Part shown: in pieces, positions 7,729 through 16,054 of the stretch
How positions within the stretch are numbered: the first letter of the stretch is position 1
Layout of the letters: every line of letters begins with the position of its first letter
Origin: an uncultured delta proteobacterium
GTDB taxonomy: Bacteria; Desulfobacterota; WTBG01; CAIYCZ01
Length of the DNA: 19,617 bases
Assembly: GCA_963803975.1 (NCBI GenBank)
Contig: CAWDOY010000055.1
Location: forward strand, 1-19,617
Direction: 5' to 3'
Position numbers and translations under genes: made by a program
The notes under the pieces: generated by a model
What the model was told of the DNA's origin: nothing
What the model saw: the letters and a program-made list of their open reading frames with translations, nothing else
The model's database searches: none

Positions 7729-7757
7729 AACGTATCAGAAATCCCCGTTTTTATCAA
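7729..7757 (-). promoter_or_regulatory. Putative sigma70 promoter for thiDN-thiC
   Basis: Minus strand TTGATA, 17 bp, TACGTT with a TGn extension. Confidence 0.45.
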
Positions 7758-7774
7758 GCGGTTTTGTTTTTACC

Positions 7775-7803
7775 TTGAGTGCATCAGAAGTTCATGGTAT
7801 CGT
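7775..7803 (+). promoter_or_regulatory. Putative sigma70 promoter for the rodZ-like gene
   Basis: TTGAGT, 17 bp, TATCGT with a TGn extension; divergent from the thi promoter. Confidence 0.45.
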
Positions 7804-7815
7804 TACGGAACTACA

Positions 7816-7909
7816 GGATTCAAGGGTCCAAGGTTTCAAGGGGCCTAGTGAATCTATTTAGTGAGTAACATTGAATGGCTGTCTTACAGCACTTGAATCC
7901 TCGACCCCT
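7816..7909. repeat. Inverted octamer-repeat arms
   Basis: GGATTCAA-GGGTCCAA-GGTTTCAA-GGGGCCTA-GTG (7816-7850) and CA-CTTGAATC-CTCGACCC-CT (7890-7909); same family as 2539-2580 and 11901-11965. Confidence 0.7.
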
Positions 7910-7917
7910 TTTATTAC

Positions 7918-8744
7918 ATGGAAACTGTTGGTCAATTTCTGAAAGCCGGAAGAATACAGAGCAATAAATCTCTGGATGAGATTGCCTGCGGCGACCAAAG
8001 ATCCGCAAAGGGCTGCTTGAGGCAATAGAGGAAGACCGTCAGCGAGCTGCTGCCGCCGCGCATCTATCTGCGGGGCATGATAAAGCTGTTTGCCGAGGAA
8101 GTGGGCGTTGACATCAATGAGGTGCTTGATAAGTTCGAGGCGGTCAGTCATGATAAGGCCGGGGTCGAAAAGAACAGGGATGCAAAAAAACCGCTCCAAA
8201 CTTCAGCACCGGGAACCTATATACCGCTGTTACTCATTATTGGTATTGCCTTCCTGGTCTATTTTTTCCTGACAAATAAAAGTGGGGTGCAGGATGAACC
8301 GTCCCGGGTGACCGCACCTTCCGAGAAGGTCGTTACCAGGGCATCCACCTCGGCATCTGTTACCACAACCACCACGGCAACAGAAACCGCTCAGCAGGAC
8401 AAGAATGTTACGAGCTCCACTTCTCCTGCTGCAGCTTCTCCCCCACCAGCATACCAGCACCTGCGTCCCCGCAGCCTGCCGGTCCATTCACCATCAGATT
8501 TGAAGCACAGGCCCTGACCTGGATAAGAATTCAGGCTGACCAGGAGAAGCATTTTGATATTCTGCTGCAACCCAATGAGTCTTATAAGCATACCGCCGCC
8601 AGGACGATGAACGTGCGGCTGGGAAATGCGGGCGGTGTTACCATCTATGTTAATGACACGCTGCTGGCAAAGGCGGGAAAATCCGGCGAAGTCGTGAACC
8701 TGCAATTTCCGGAAGCGATACAGCAACTGCAGCAACCACGGTAG
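7918..8744 (+). CDS. rodZ: RodZ-like protein (N-terminal HTH, one TM helix, Thr/Ser-rich linker, C-terminal DUF4115-like domain), with several apparent frameshifts
   Basis: Reassembled across frames: METVGQFLKAGRIQSNKSLDEIA...IRKGLLEAIEED...LLPPRIYLRGMIKLFAEEVGVD; TM segment IPLLLIIGIAFLVYFFL; C-terminus TWIRIQAD...VRLGNAGGVTIYVND...GKSGEVVNL, with stop TAG 8742-8744. Confidence 0.8.
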
Positions 8745-8758
8745 CCGGCAGCAATTTT

Positions 8759-9561
8759 GTGAAGCCCCGAGTCATAACCCTCATCACTGATTTCGGAACC
8801 GCTGACACCTATGCGGGCGTCATGAAAGGGGTGATCCTGTCCAACAACGCTGCAGCTACGGTTGTGGACATTACCCATGAGATTGCGCCGCAGGATGTCC
8901 GGGGAGCATGCTTTGCCCTGCACACGGCGTTTTCCTGGTTCCCGAAAAAAACAATTCATCTGGTGGTGGTTGACCCCGGCGTGGGAAGTGAACGGCGGCC
9001 CCTTATCGTTGAGACAGAAAACTATTTTTTTGTCGGCCCGGACAATGGTGTTTTTACTCCCGTACTGGCCGGGCAGGGGATGAAGGCAGTATATAAGATT
9101 ACGGATACGCCTTTCTTCTCCCTGAAGCAAGCGCTACGTTTCATGGCCGGGATATATTTGCGCCGGTTGCAGCCCATCTTGCAAGGGGCGTCAAGCCTTC
9201 GCAAATCGGAGCACCGGTATCTGATTACATTGTGTTAGACTGGCCTCAGCCCGTGCCGGTTAAAGCAGGCATGGCGGAAGGAGAGATTCTGCATAGTGAC
9301 CGCTTCGGCAACCTCATCACTAATTTTTCGAGACCATACGTCCGCGAGTTGACCGGCGGCAGTGATTTTTACGTCAGGTGCGCCGGGAAGTCCATCAAGC
9401 AGGTTGTGCCTTCTTACGCATATGCAAAACCAGGACACCTGTGCAGTGTTTTTGGAAGCAGCGATTTTCTTGAGATTGCTGTTGCCAACGGCAGCGCCGC
9501 CCGTGTGCTCAAGGCCAAACGGGGACAGAAAGTCCGGATTTTTTATCAGAAAAATAAATAA
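8759..9561 (+). CDS. DUF62 SAM hydrolase / SAM-dependent halogenase superfamily protein, with one apparent frameshift near 9129
   Basis: ITLITDFG, VDITH, VVDPGVGSERR and GPDNG; after the shift, SATFHGRDIFAPVAAHL continues in frame to DRFGNLITN and LEIAVANGSAA. Confidence 0.9.
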
Positions 9562-9632
9562 CGCTGACGCTGCGTCCATACCTGAGCTCAGAGCCGAACG
9601 CTGACAGCTGCATTGCTAAAAATGGAGGCATT

Positions 9633-10091
9633 ATGAAAGATCTTACCAACAAGGAAATGGTTGACCTGATGCACACCGTAGGTGATGGCGTGCTGGCACT
9701 CTCAGACGGCAAGGCCCCGTACTGTATTCCGTTCGGCTTTGTCTTCATTGAGAATCATGTCTATCTTTCCATGTTTCCCTCGGGCAGGAAATGGGGATAT
9801 TTTCAGAAAAACCCCCATGTATGCTTTACCGCGTTCTGCTGGAACGATGACCACTCGGAGTGGTATTCGGTGGTGGTTGACGGCGAAATGGAAATGGTTC
9901 AGGACCTTGCCACTATTGAGCTGGTGATTAAAGCAAATATCGAGAAAGTAGGCCTTGACCCGGCTGCCTATCTTGAAAAACGGCTCGCCTATTATAGAAA
10001 GTCTTTAGATAACCCGAAGGCGCTGAAGATTTTTAAGATCAAAACCAAAGAGATGCACGGAAGGAAGATGTCAACGCAGATCGGCAGCTGA
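9633..10091 (+). CDS. Pyridoxamine 5'-phosphate oxidase-like (NimA/NimC-like) flavin-binding protein
   Basis: GVLALSDGKAPYCIPFGF...GRK...KNPHVCF...WYSVVVDG split-barrel pattern; SD GGAGG. Confidence 0.82.
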   Translation: MKDLTNKEMVDLMHTVGDGVLALSDGKAPYCIPFGFVFIENHVYLSMFPSGRKWGYFQKNPHVCFTAFCWNDDHSEWYSVVVDGEMEMVQDLATIELVIKANIEKVGLDPAAYLEKRLAYYRKSLDNPKALKIFKIKTKEMHGRKMSTQIGS

Positions 10092-10154
10092 ATGGGGAAA
10101 GAGCAGGCTGCACTATCAGGGAAATGTGCCGGCTCTGTTTCTCACTCACTCCCT

Positions 10155-10625
10155 TTACACAGGCTGTAGCTGCCGGATTATTTCGGCATGTGCGTCAGTT
10201 ATCAGCGCTCGCTGCTTTCTGATCCAGCGCATCTCCTCATCGCTCACCAGACCCTGCTGCGTGCACTCCTCAAGCTCGTCTTCATCAAGCACCCGCGGTT
10301 CACCGTCTGCGGGAATCCAGATATCTATAATCAGGTCAAGATACTGCACCGCAGTTTCCGTTATGGTGACGTCGCGGCAGATGTGAAAGAGGGTGCCGAT
10401 AAGCGTGCCATCAGGCCCGTACATTCTCCACAGCACATAGCCCCGCTCCGCCCAGTAATGGGCAATGGTGGTTGACCCTCCGGGTATAACAATATTGTGT
10501 AGCCTGCCCGGTTGTTCCGCGCGATAGGAGAGCACCAGGTAGCCCGCCTCACGGTGCAGCACGTTGCACAGGAAGCGCTGCGTCTCCTTGTTTTTGTGGA
10601 TTTTTATTTCCTCAATCATTTGCAT
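10155..10625 (-). CDS. DUF402-family protein (FomD/Ntdp-like putative nucleotide phosphohydrolase)
   Basis: YLDLIIDIWIPADGEPRVLDEDELEE matches the DUF402 acidic motif. Confidence 0.8.
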   Translation of the reverse strand: MQMIEEIKIHKNKETQRFLCNVLHREAGYLVLSYRAEQPGRLHNIVIPGGSTTIAHYWAERGYVLWRMYGPDGTLIGTLFHICRDVTITETAVQYLDLIIDIWIPADGEPRVLDEDELEECTQQGLVSDEEMRWIRKQRALITDAHAEIIRQLQPV

Positions 10626-10651
10626 GAGTATTTCTGAATAAAAAATTTAAA

Positions 10652-10743
10652 GTCATTGCGAGCGCATGCGAAGCAATCGCGGCATTAACATATTGTACCC
10701 GCACATTAGATTGCCGCGTCCACCTTAGTGGACTCGCAATGAC
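10652..10743. repeat. 92-bp multi-branched palindromic element (REP/RPE-like)
   Basis: Terminal 11-bp perfect IR GTCATTGCGAG / CTCGCAATGAC, inner GCAATC / GATTGC, and side palindromes CGCATGCG and GTCCAC-ctta-GTGGAC. Confidence 0.8.
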
Positions 10744-10745
10744 AA

Positions 10746-11828
10746 TTAGGGGTTGAGTTCATCTGAAAACGCCGCCAGCCGCTCAAATGACCTCTTCTTT
10801 TCAGGCTCCCCGATTTTTGCCGCATTCACTACTTCTTTTAGAAATGCAATGGAGCTGTCATACACCTCCCGGTTGACCGGGTAGGGGTGGCCGTCTTTGC
10901 CACCGTGCGCATAGCTGAAGCGGGCAGGGTCCCTGAAAGAAGGGGCTGCGCCATATACTATTTCTGACAGCAGGGACAAAGCCCGCAGCGTCTTAGGTCC
11001 CACGCCGCGTATCGAAAGCAGCGCTTCAAAATTCTCCGGCCCGGCTTCATAGGTCTTGAGCAGAATGCGGTGCAGGTTCTCAGGTTTTATCTCGTCCCGC
11101 AGCACCTGGTGGCGGGACGGAAGGTTAAGTGTTGCCAGCTTTTTTACCTCCTGCAGGATCTTCTCGGGCTTTTCTGCCGCAAGGCAGGAGCAGGACGCAC
11201 GGTTTTCCTCTCCCTCCTGCGCCACCAGGTTGAGGGTTTCACCCCGGCTTTCGCAACAGACTGCCGCGTGCGGCTCGCAGACAAAGTTTACCGGCTCTGT
11301 GGCGAGCCAGTGATAGCGCCGCGCGTAGCGGGTCGCATCGTTCATGCCCTGCTGCACCACTGCCCACGAGCCTTCCCGGTTAAAGAAGAAGACATGGTGA
11401 TAGAGCTGGTAGCCGTCCTGCACGGCAGCGCTGTCAACTTTAGCCGACATGCGGCTGGCATAGACCAGTGTTTCCGGGTCTATGGCGAGGTGTTTGCCAA
11501 AGCTTAAGATTTCTTCCGGTGTCCGGCGCGAAACCCGTCCCTTGCCGCCCCCGGCAAAAAAGCCCAGCTCATGCTCCATGCCCCTGATGCCCTCTTTAAT
11601 GGCCCCGCACACGGTCGTAGTCAGGCCGCTTGAGTGCCAGTCAAAGCCCAGCACGCAGCCCAGCGCCTGAAACCAGAATGGATCAGAGAGCCGCCGGAGA
11701 AGCTCTGCAGAATCAGCATCGTATAGCATGACCCGCACGATCTCCCGGGCGAGTTTGGTCATCCGGTTAAACAGCCAGGCAGGGGCTTTTCCGCCGTGCA
11801 GCGGGAGGTGGGCAATACCGGTCTTCAT
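10746..11828 (-). CDS. DUF763-family protein
   Basis: MKTGIAHLPLHGGKAPAWLF, RLSDPFWFQALGCVLGFDWHSSGLTTT, KVDSAAVQDGY, VQQGMN and AHGGKDGHPYPV. Start placed at ATG 11828 rather than 11936. Confidence 0.9.
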   Translation of the reverse strand: MKTGIAHLPLHGGKAPAWLFNRMTKLAREIVRVMLYDADSAELLRRLSDPFWFQALGCVLGFDWHSSGLTTTVCGAIKEGIRGMEHELGFFAGGGKGRVSRRTPEEILSFGKHLAIDPETLVYASRMSAKVDSAAVQDGYQLYHHVFFFNREGSWAVVQQGMNDATRYARRYHWLATEPVNFVCEPHAAVCCESRGETLNLVAQEGEENRASCSCLAAEKPEKILQEVKKLATLNLPSRHQVLRDEIKPENLHRILLKTYEAGPENFEALLSIRGVGPKTLRALSLLSEIVYGAAPSFRDPARFSYAHGGKDGHPYPVNREVYDSSIAFLKEVVNAAKIGEPEKKRSFERLAAFSDELNP

Positions 11829-11857
11829 TTCATTCCTTTCAAAAAACCACTGAACCA

Positions 11858-12009
11858 ATTTCAGCCACAGAAAACACAGAACAGACACTGATAAGTATCG
11901 GGGTTCATGGAGTCGCGTGTTTTTAATTTTTAGCATTTCACTTGAACCCTCGAACTCTGAACCCTTTATATTTTAATTCTGTGAAATCTGTGCAGTTCTG
12001 TGGCTAAAT
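11858..12009. repeat. Nested inverted repeats: outer CACAGA 9-mer arms, inner octamer arms
   Basis: Outer AGCCACAGAA (11863-11872) / TTCTGTGGCT (11996-12005) with reiterated CACAGA/TCTGTG units; inner GGGTTCA (11901-11907) / CTTGAACC-CTCGAACT-CTGAACCC (11941-11964). Confidence 0.75.
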
Positions 12010-12026
12010 ATACTGCCTGTGTTTTA

Positions 12027-12683
12027 TCAGACCATGCCGGGATTTAATGTATAAAATACTTTTTTGTCAAAGTCATGGGAGCGGATGAGGCCCGCCTTCT
12101 CAAGTTTTATACATATCCGGGAAGCCCTGCGCTTTGAAATGTTTGCCGACCGGCAGAATTCCGCAAGCGTTATTTTCTCATGCCTCCTGAGGTAGTCAAG
12201 AAGGGCGAGCTCCTGCCGGTCAAGATGTTTCTGTGAAAGCTTTATGGCGGGACCTTCGGAGAGCTGTTTCGCGGTCTGTTTTGAGGCAAGCAGGTTCTTA
12301 TCACGCACCCGGACATACACACGGGTGTTTCCGCGCGGGTCAGTGACCGAGCGCTTTACGGTGCCGGGCGCAATGATAATCCACAGAACTGTTTTTCCGT
12401 GTATGACGACGGTTTTTATCTGCGGATCAAGAGGCGGGCTGCACAACTCCTGTGCGGCGGTGAGAATGGCGGTCTTCTCCCGGTGCTCGTCAGAAACCCC
12501 GGCGACCGTGCCATCATCGTCCACTCCGATCAGGATATTGCCGCCCACGGTGTTTGCCATGGCTGCTATTTCCTTTGCCATTTTAAAGGGGGAAGGCACC
12601 CGGCGCTTGAATTCGATGTGCTCCCGCTCCCTGTCTTTTATGAGCGAAAGCACCTGGTTTGCATGACGGGCGGTCGTGTTCAT
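12027..12683 (-). CDS. AlbA_2 (Schlafen-like) domain protein with C-terminal winged HTH
   Basis: EREHIEFKRR, AKEIAAMANTVGGNILIGVDDDG and YVRV motifs; C-terminal LLDYLRRHEKITLAEFCRSANISKRRASRICIKLEKAGLI wHTH pattern. Confidence 0.85.
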   Translation of the reverse strand: MNTTARHANQVLSLIKDREREHIEFKRRVPSPFKMAKEIAAMANTVGGNILIGVDDDGTVAGVSDEHREKTAILTAAQELCSPPLDPQIKTVVIHGKTVLWIIIAPGTVKRSVTDPRGNTRVYVRVRDKNLLASKQTAKQLSEGPAIKLSQKHLDRQELALLDYLRRHEKITLAEFCRSANISKRRASRICIKLEKAGLIRSHDFDKKVFYTLNPGMV

Positions 12684-12780
12684 TGGGTCGTGCGGATGAT
12701 GGACAATGTGCGGTCCCTCTCAGGACAGGGCACGCGCTAATGTGTACTGTCCCCGGCCGGGCGCTCAAATTTTAACGCTT

Positions 12781-12809
12781 AACTTACCACCTTATCCGCT
12801 TCATATCAA
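12781..12809 (-). promoter_or_regulatory. Putative sigma70 promoter for the AlbA_2 gene
   Basis: Minus strand TTGATA, 17 bp, TAAGTT with a TGn extension. Confidence 0.45.
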
Positions 12810-12943
12810 GCAGCACAGCACCAAGTTTCTTGTCTTGACTAAAGCCCGGTAAGAAGATAAAAGGATAAGGAGTTAATAAAAGCTGTCAGCGTTCAGCTAC
12901 CAGCTTTTTTCTGTTTTTGATGCGATATCTTTTTAAAAAACAT

Positions 12944-14611
12944 ATGATTAAAGACCGTCTACAAGAAATTATAGAGCAGGCCGTACTGACCTGCCGGCAG
13001 GAGGGACTGCTGCAAAGTGCGGCAATGCCAGCGTTTGCCATAGAGGCTCCCAGGAATAAAGAGCATGGAGATTTTGCCACCAATGCTGCCATGCTTCTGG
13101 CTCCTGCGGAAAAAAAATCTCCCCGGGATATTGCCCGGATGCTGGTCGATAAGCTGACAGGGAATGCCACTATCGTTGAGCATATCGAAATCGCCGGTCC
13201 CGGCTTCATCAACTTTCATCTGAAGCATGAGGCGTGGTGCAGTGTTCTGGAAGAACTGGAACAGCAGGGGGAGCGGTTTGGCTCTACTGCTGCCGGCAGC
13301 GGCATAAAAATCCAGGTGGAGTTTGTCAGCGCCAATCCTACCGGCCCGCTCCATGTCGGGCACGGCCGGGGCGCAGCGCTGGGTGATGCCCTGGCAAATA
13401 TTCTCGCGTTTGCAGGATACGAGGTGCAGCGGGAATATTATATTAATAATGTAGGAATCCAGATGCAGAATCTGGGCAAATCGGTCTATCTGAGATATCT
13501 GCAGCTGCTGAAACAGGATGTTGAATTTCCCGACGGCCTCTACAAGGGAGATTATATTCTCGGTGTAGCAAAAGAGGTGATCCTTAAGCACGGCGAGCGT
13601 TTTGTAAAAAGCCCCGAGCCGGAGGCCCTGCCTTTTTTTACCGACTTTGCCGCCACGCTTATTATGAGCGGCATCAAGGATGACCTGGCGCAGTTCGGTG
13701 TCCGCTTTGACAACTGGTTTTCAGAGAAAACACTCTTTGAGCAGGGCGCTGTGCAGCGGTCAATAGATGAGCTGAAAGCCCGGGACCTTGCCTATGAGCA
13801 TGAAGGGGCGCTCTGGTTCAGGACCACGAGGTTCGGCGATGAAAAAGACCGGGTTATGGTGAAGGAGGATGGCACGACCACCTACTTTGCTTCTGACATT
13901 GCCTATCACCGGGAAAAGTTCAGCCGCGGGTTTGCCCGGGTGATAGATATCTGGGGGGCTGACCATCACGGCTATGTGCCGCGCATGACGGGGGTGCTTC
14001 AGGCTCTGGGCATTGCTCCAGAGGGGTTTAACGTGATTTTAGTGCAGATGGTGAATCTGCTGCGGAGCGGCGTTCCCGTTGCCATGTCAACACGCTCCGG
14101 CGAATTTGTGACGCTGAAAGAGGTCATGGAGGAAGTGGGCAAAGATGCTGCCCGGTTTATTTTTCTCACCCGCCGGTCTGATGCCCAGCTTGACTTTGAC
14201 CTTGAAGTGGCAAAAAAACAGAGCGATGAGAATCCGGTTTACTACGTGCAGTATGGCCATGCCCGCATCTGCAGCATTACCTCATTTGCCCGCGAGAAAA
14301 ATATTCCGCTGCCGGCATTTCATGATATTAACCCGTCCCTGCTTTCCGCAGCAGAAGAGATAGAGCTTATTAAAAAGATTGCCCAGTTTCCGGAACTGGT
14401 GCTGGGCAGCGCCCAGGCCTTTGAGCCGCACCGCATTTCCATGTACCTGATGGAGCTGGTGGGCATGTTCCACAGCTATTACAGCAAGCATCGGGTCATT
14501 ACCGATGACCTGAATATGAGCAGAGCGCGCCTGTTCCTGATCAACGGTATTCGCCGGGTGCTCAGGAACGGCCTTACGCTTTTGGGTGTACGTGCTCCGG
14601 AAAAAATGTAA
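12944..14611 (+). CDS. argS: Arginine--tRNA ligase
   Basis: HGDFATN, GPGFINF, VEFVSANPTGPLHVGHGRGA (HIGH motif), WGADHHGY, MSTRSG, YVQYGHARI and terminal APEKM. The start is uncertain (12917-12944). Confidence 0.97.
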   Translation: MIKDRLQEIIEQAVLTCRQEGLLQSAAMPAFAIEAPRNKEHGDFATNAAMLLAPAEKKSPRDIARMLVDKLTGNATIVEHIEIAGPGFINFHLKHEAWCSVLEELEQQGERFGSTAAGSGIKIQVEFVSANPTGPLHVGHGRGAALGDALANILAFAGYEVQREYYINNVGIQMQNLGKSVYLRYLQLLKQDVEFPDGLYKGDYILGVAKEVILKHGERFVKSPEPEALPFFTDFAATLIMSGIKDDLAQFGVRFDNWFSEKTLFEQGAVQRSIDELKARDLAYEHEGALWFRTTRFGDEKDRVMVKEDGTTTYFASDIAYHREKFSRGFARVIDIWGADHHGYVPRMTGVLQALGIAPEGFNVILVQMVNLLRSGVPVAMSTRSGEFVTLKEVMEEVGKDAARFIFLTRRSDAQLDFDLEVAKKQSDENPVYYVQYGHARICSITSFAREKNIPLPAFHDINPSLLSAAEEIELIKKIAQFPELVLGSAQAFEPHRISMYLMELVGMFHSYYSKHRVITDDLNMSRARLFLINGIRRVLRNGLTLLGVRAPEKM

Positions 14612-14629
14612 TACAGGCAGGCCGGATCT

Positions 14630-15289
14630 ATGACAGAGCATAAGGATCGAGGAAAGAGCTTCCTGACCGGCGCAAAAGGGGCGCTGGTGCTTATTATCGC
14701 ATCGGTTGGCAGTGTGGCGCTATTCTTTGCTGTCGCCCAGGTGGTTGATTTCATCACTTTCAAAAACAGCACCGCACAGCCCCGGCGGCTCCTGCCTTTT
14801 GAAACCCCGCCGTTACCCGCAGCAGGGAATTCTAAAAATAATAATCATAAAGGTGCACAGAAGGTTGACCCTCCGTTGAAACTCGGGTTTTATACAGATC
14901 TATTCCGCACCGGACAGAACACCAGCCATCCTGAATTCAACCAGAAAAAGGCAGAGACAAAAACCGTACCAATGAAAACAGCTGCGGAAAGTGCTCCTCC
15001 GGCAAAGAATGCTCAGGAGCCTGACAATACCGTGCCGGCACAGCCTGCGGCCGGCGCGCAGTATATTCTGCAGCTGGGGGCATTTCAAAAGGCTGAAAAG
15101 GCGGCACAGGTGGTTGCTGAGTTACAGAACGCAGGCTATACCGCATATACTGACACGATTACCGTGCCGGGGAAGGGTACCCTGATCAGAGTAAGGCTGG
15201 GCTCATTCAGCGATGTGTCTGAAGCGCGGAAAAAGGCCGCAGAGATAGAGAGCAAAACAAAAATCCCCGTGCTCATTTCAAAAAAATAG
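14630..15289 (+). CDS. SPOR-domain cell division protein (FtsN/DedD-like)
   Basis: N-terminal TM segment, low-complexity linker, and SPOR domain YILQLGAF...RVRLGSF; typical position downstream of argS. Confidence 0.85.
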   Translation: MTEHKDRGKSFLTGAKGALVLIIASVGSVALFFAVAQVVDFITFKNSTAQPRRLLPFETPPLPAAGNSKNNNHKGAQKVDPPLKLGFYTDLFRTGQNTSHPEFNQKKAETKTVPMKTAAESAPPAKNAQEPDNTVPAQPAAGAQYILQLGAFQKAEKAAQVVAELQNAGYTAYTDTITVPGKGTLIRVRLGSFSDVSEARKKAAEIESKTKIPVLISKK

Positions 15290-15325
15290 TAAGTTTTTTT
15301 TGATAACAAAGGAGTCAATTGCCGC

Positions 15326-15643
15326 ATGTCTGATTACGGCGTAGTCTTTATGACCGCAGCTTCCCGTGAAGAAGCAGAAACTATCGCCGCGGCGCTGGTT
15401 GAAAAAAAACTTGCAGCCTGTGTGAATATAATTTCTGCGGTGCAGTCTGTATACTGGTGGGAGGGAAAAATCTGCAGGGAGCAGGAGGTCTTCATGATGG
15501 CAAAAACGAAAACCCGTCTTTTTCCGCAGCTGGCAATCGCAGTAAAAGCCCTGCACAGCTATAAGGTCCCGGAAATCATCATGCTTCCCATCTCTGACGG
15601 TTCCGCAGATTACCTGCAGTGGATACAGGACGTAACCGGATAA
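15326..15643 (+). CDS. cutA: Divalent-cation tolerance protein CutA
   Basis: LVEKKLAACVNI, SVYWWEGKI and HSYKVPEII motifs. Confidence 0.93.
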   Translation: MSDYGVVFMTAASREEAETIAAALVEKKLAACVNIISAVQSVYWWEGKICREQEVFMMAKTKTRLFPQLAIAVKALHSYKVPEIIMLPISDGSADYLQWIQDVTG

Positions 15644-15725
15644 GCAGGAAATAATTGTTTCGCATTACTTGATTGATTTGATCTGAACCGGGCAAAAAAG
15701 CGGGCGCTGGAAGTCGGTTAATTGC

Positions 15726-15754
15726 TTGACAAAAAAAAATATGAATGGTATTCA
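15726..15754 (+). promoter_or_regulatory. Possible sigma70 promoter with overlapping palindrome
   Basis: TTGACA, 17 bp, TATTCA; palindrome TGAAT-ggt-ATTCA (15742-15754). Confidence 0.4.
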
Positions 15755-15794
15755 AAATACTTTCGCAAAACAGGCAAGAACTTTTGTTTGCCAG

Positions 15795-15833
15795 CTTGTC
15801 AGCTTTGCATAATTACTTTGCCAACCTGACAGG
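15795..15833. promoter_or_regulatory. Candidate activator (enhancer) binding site
   Basis: Inverted repeat CTTGTCAGCTTTGCA-9 bp-TGCCAACCTGACAGG (12/15 match), about 90-130 bp upstream of the -24/-12 motif. Confidence 0.45.
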
Positions 15834-15923
15834 AATTCTATCCGTTCCCGAATGCCGCTCGCGGCCCATAATTTTTAACTGCCTGTAATTGCTTTAAAAT
15901 ACTTTATTCAAGAATTAACCGGT

Positions 15924-15938
15924 TGGCATGTATTGTGC
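15924..15938 (+). promoter_or_regulatory. Putative sigma54 (-24/-12) promoter
   Basis: TGGCATGTATTGTGC has exact GG-N10-GC spacing and is preceded by an AT-rich tract. Confidence 0.65.
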
Positions 15939-16054
15939 CAAATACTTTTATAGAGTTTTATCGCACGCATTCCTCACCCGAGGCTATATATAAAAAAATG
16001 ATAACTGGCCTTTCAGGCAAACGTTAATTCCCAACTGAGAAAGGAGATAAGTTT

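Noticed and set aside
11829..11936. N-terminal extension of DUF763
   Set aside because: It runs through the nested inverted-repeat element; the family-like sequence starts at MKTGIAHLPLH.
12840..12943. T-box riboswitch upstream of argS
   Set aside because: The leader is too short and lacks the T-box consensus. The hairpin at 12879-12910 is better explained by TCAGC-type heptamer repeats.
15644..16054. ncRNA or small ORF in the 410-bp intergenic region
   Set aside because: No recognisable RNA family or credible ORF; the length is explained by the promoter and enhancer architecture.
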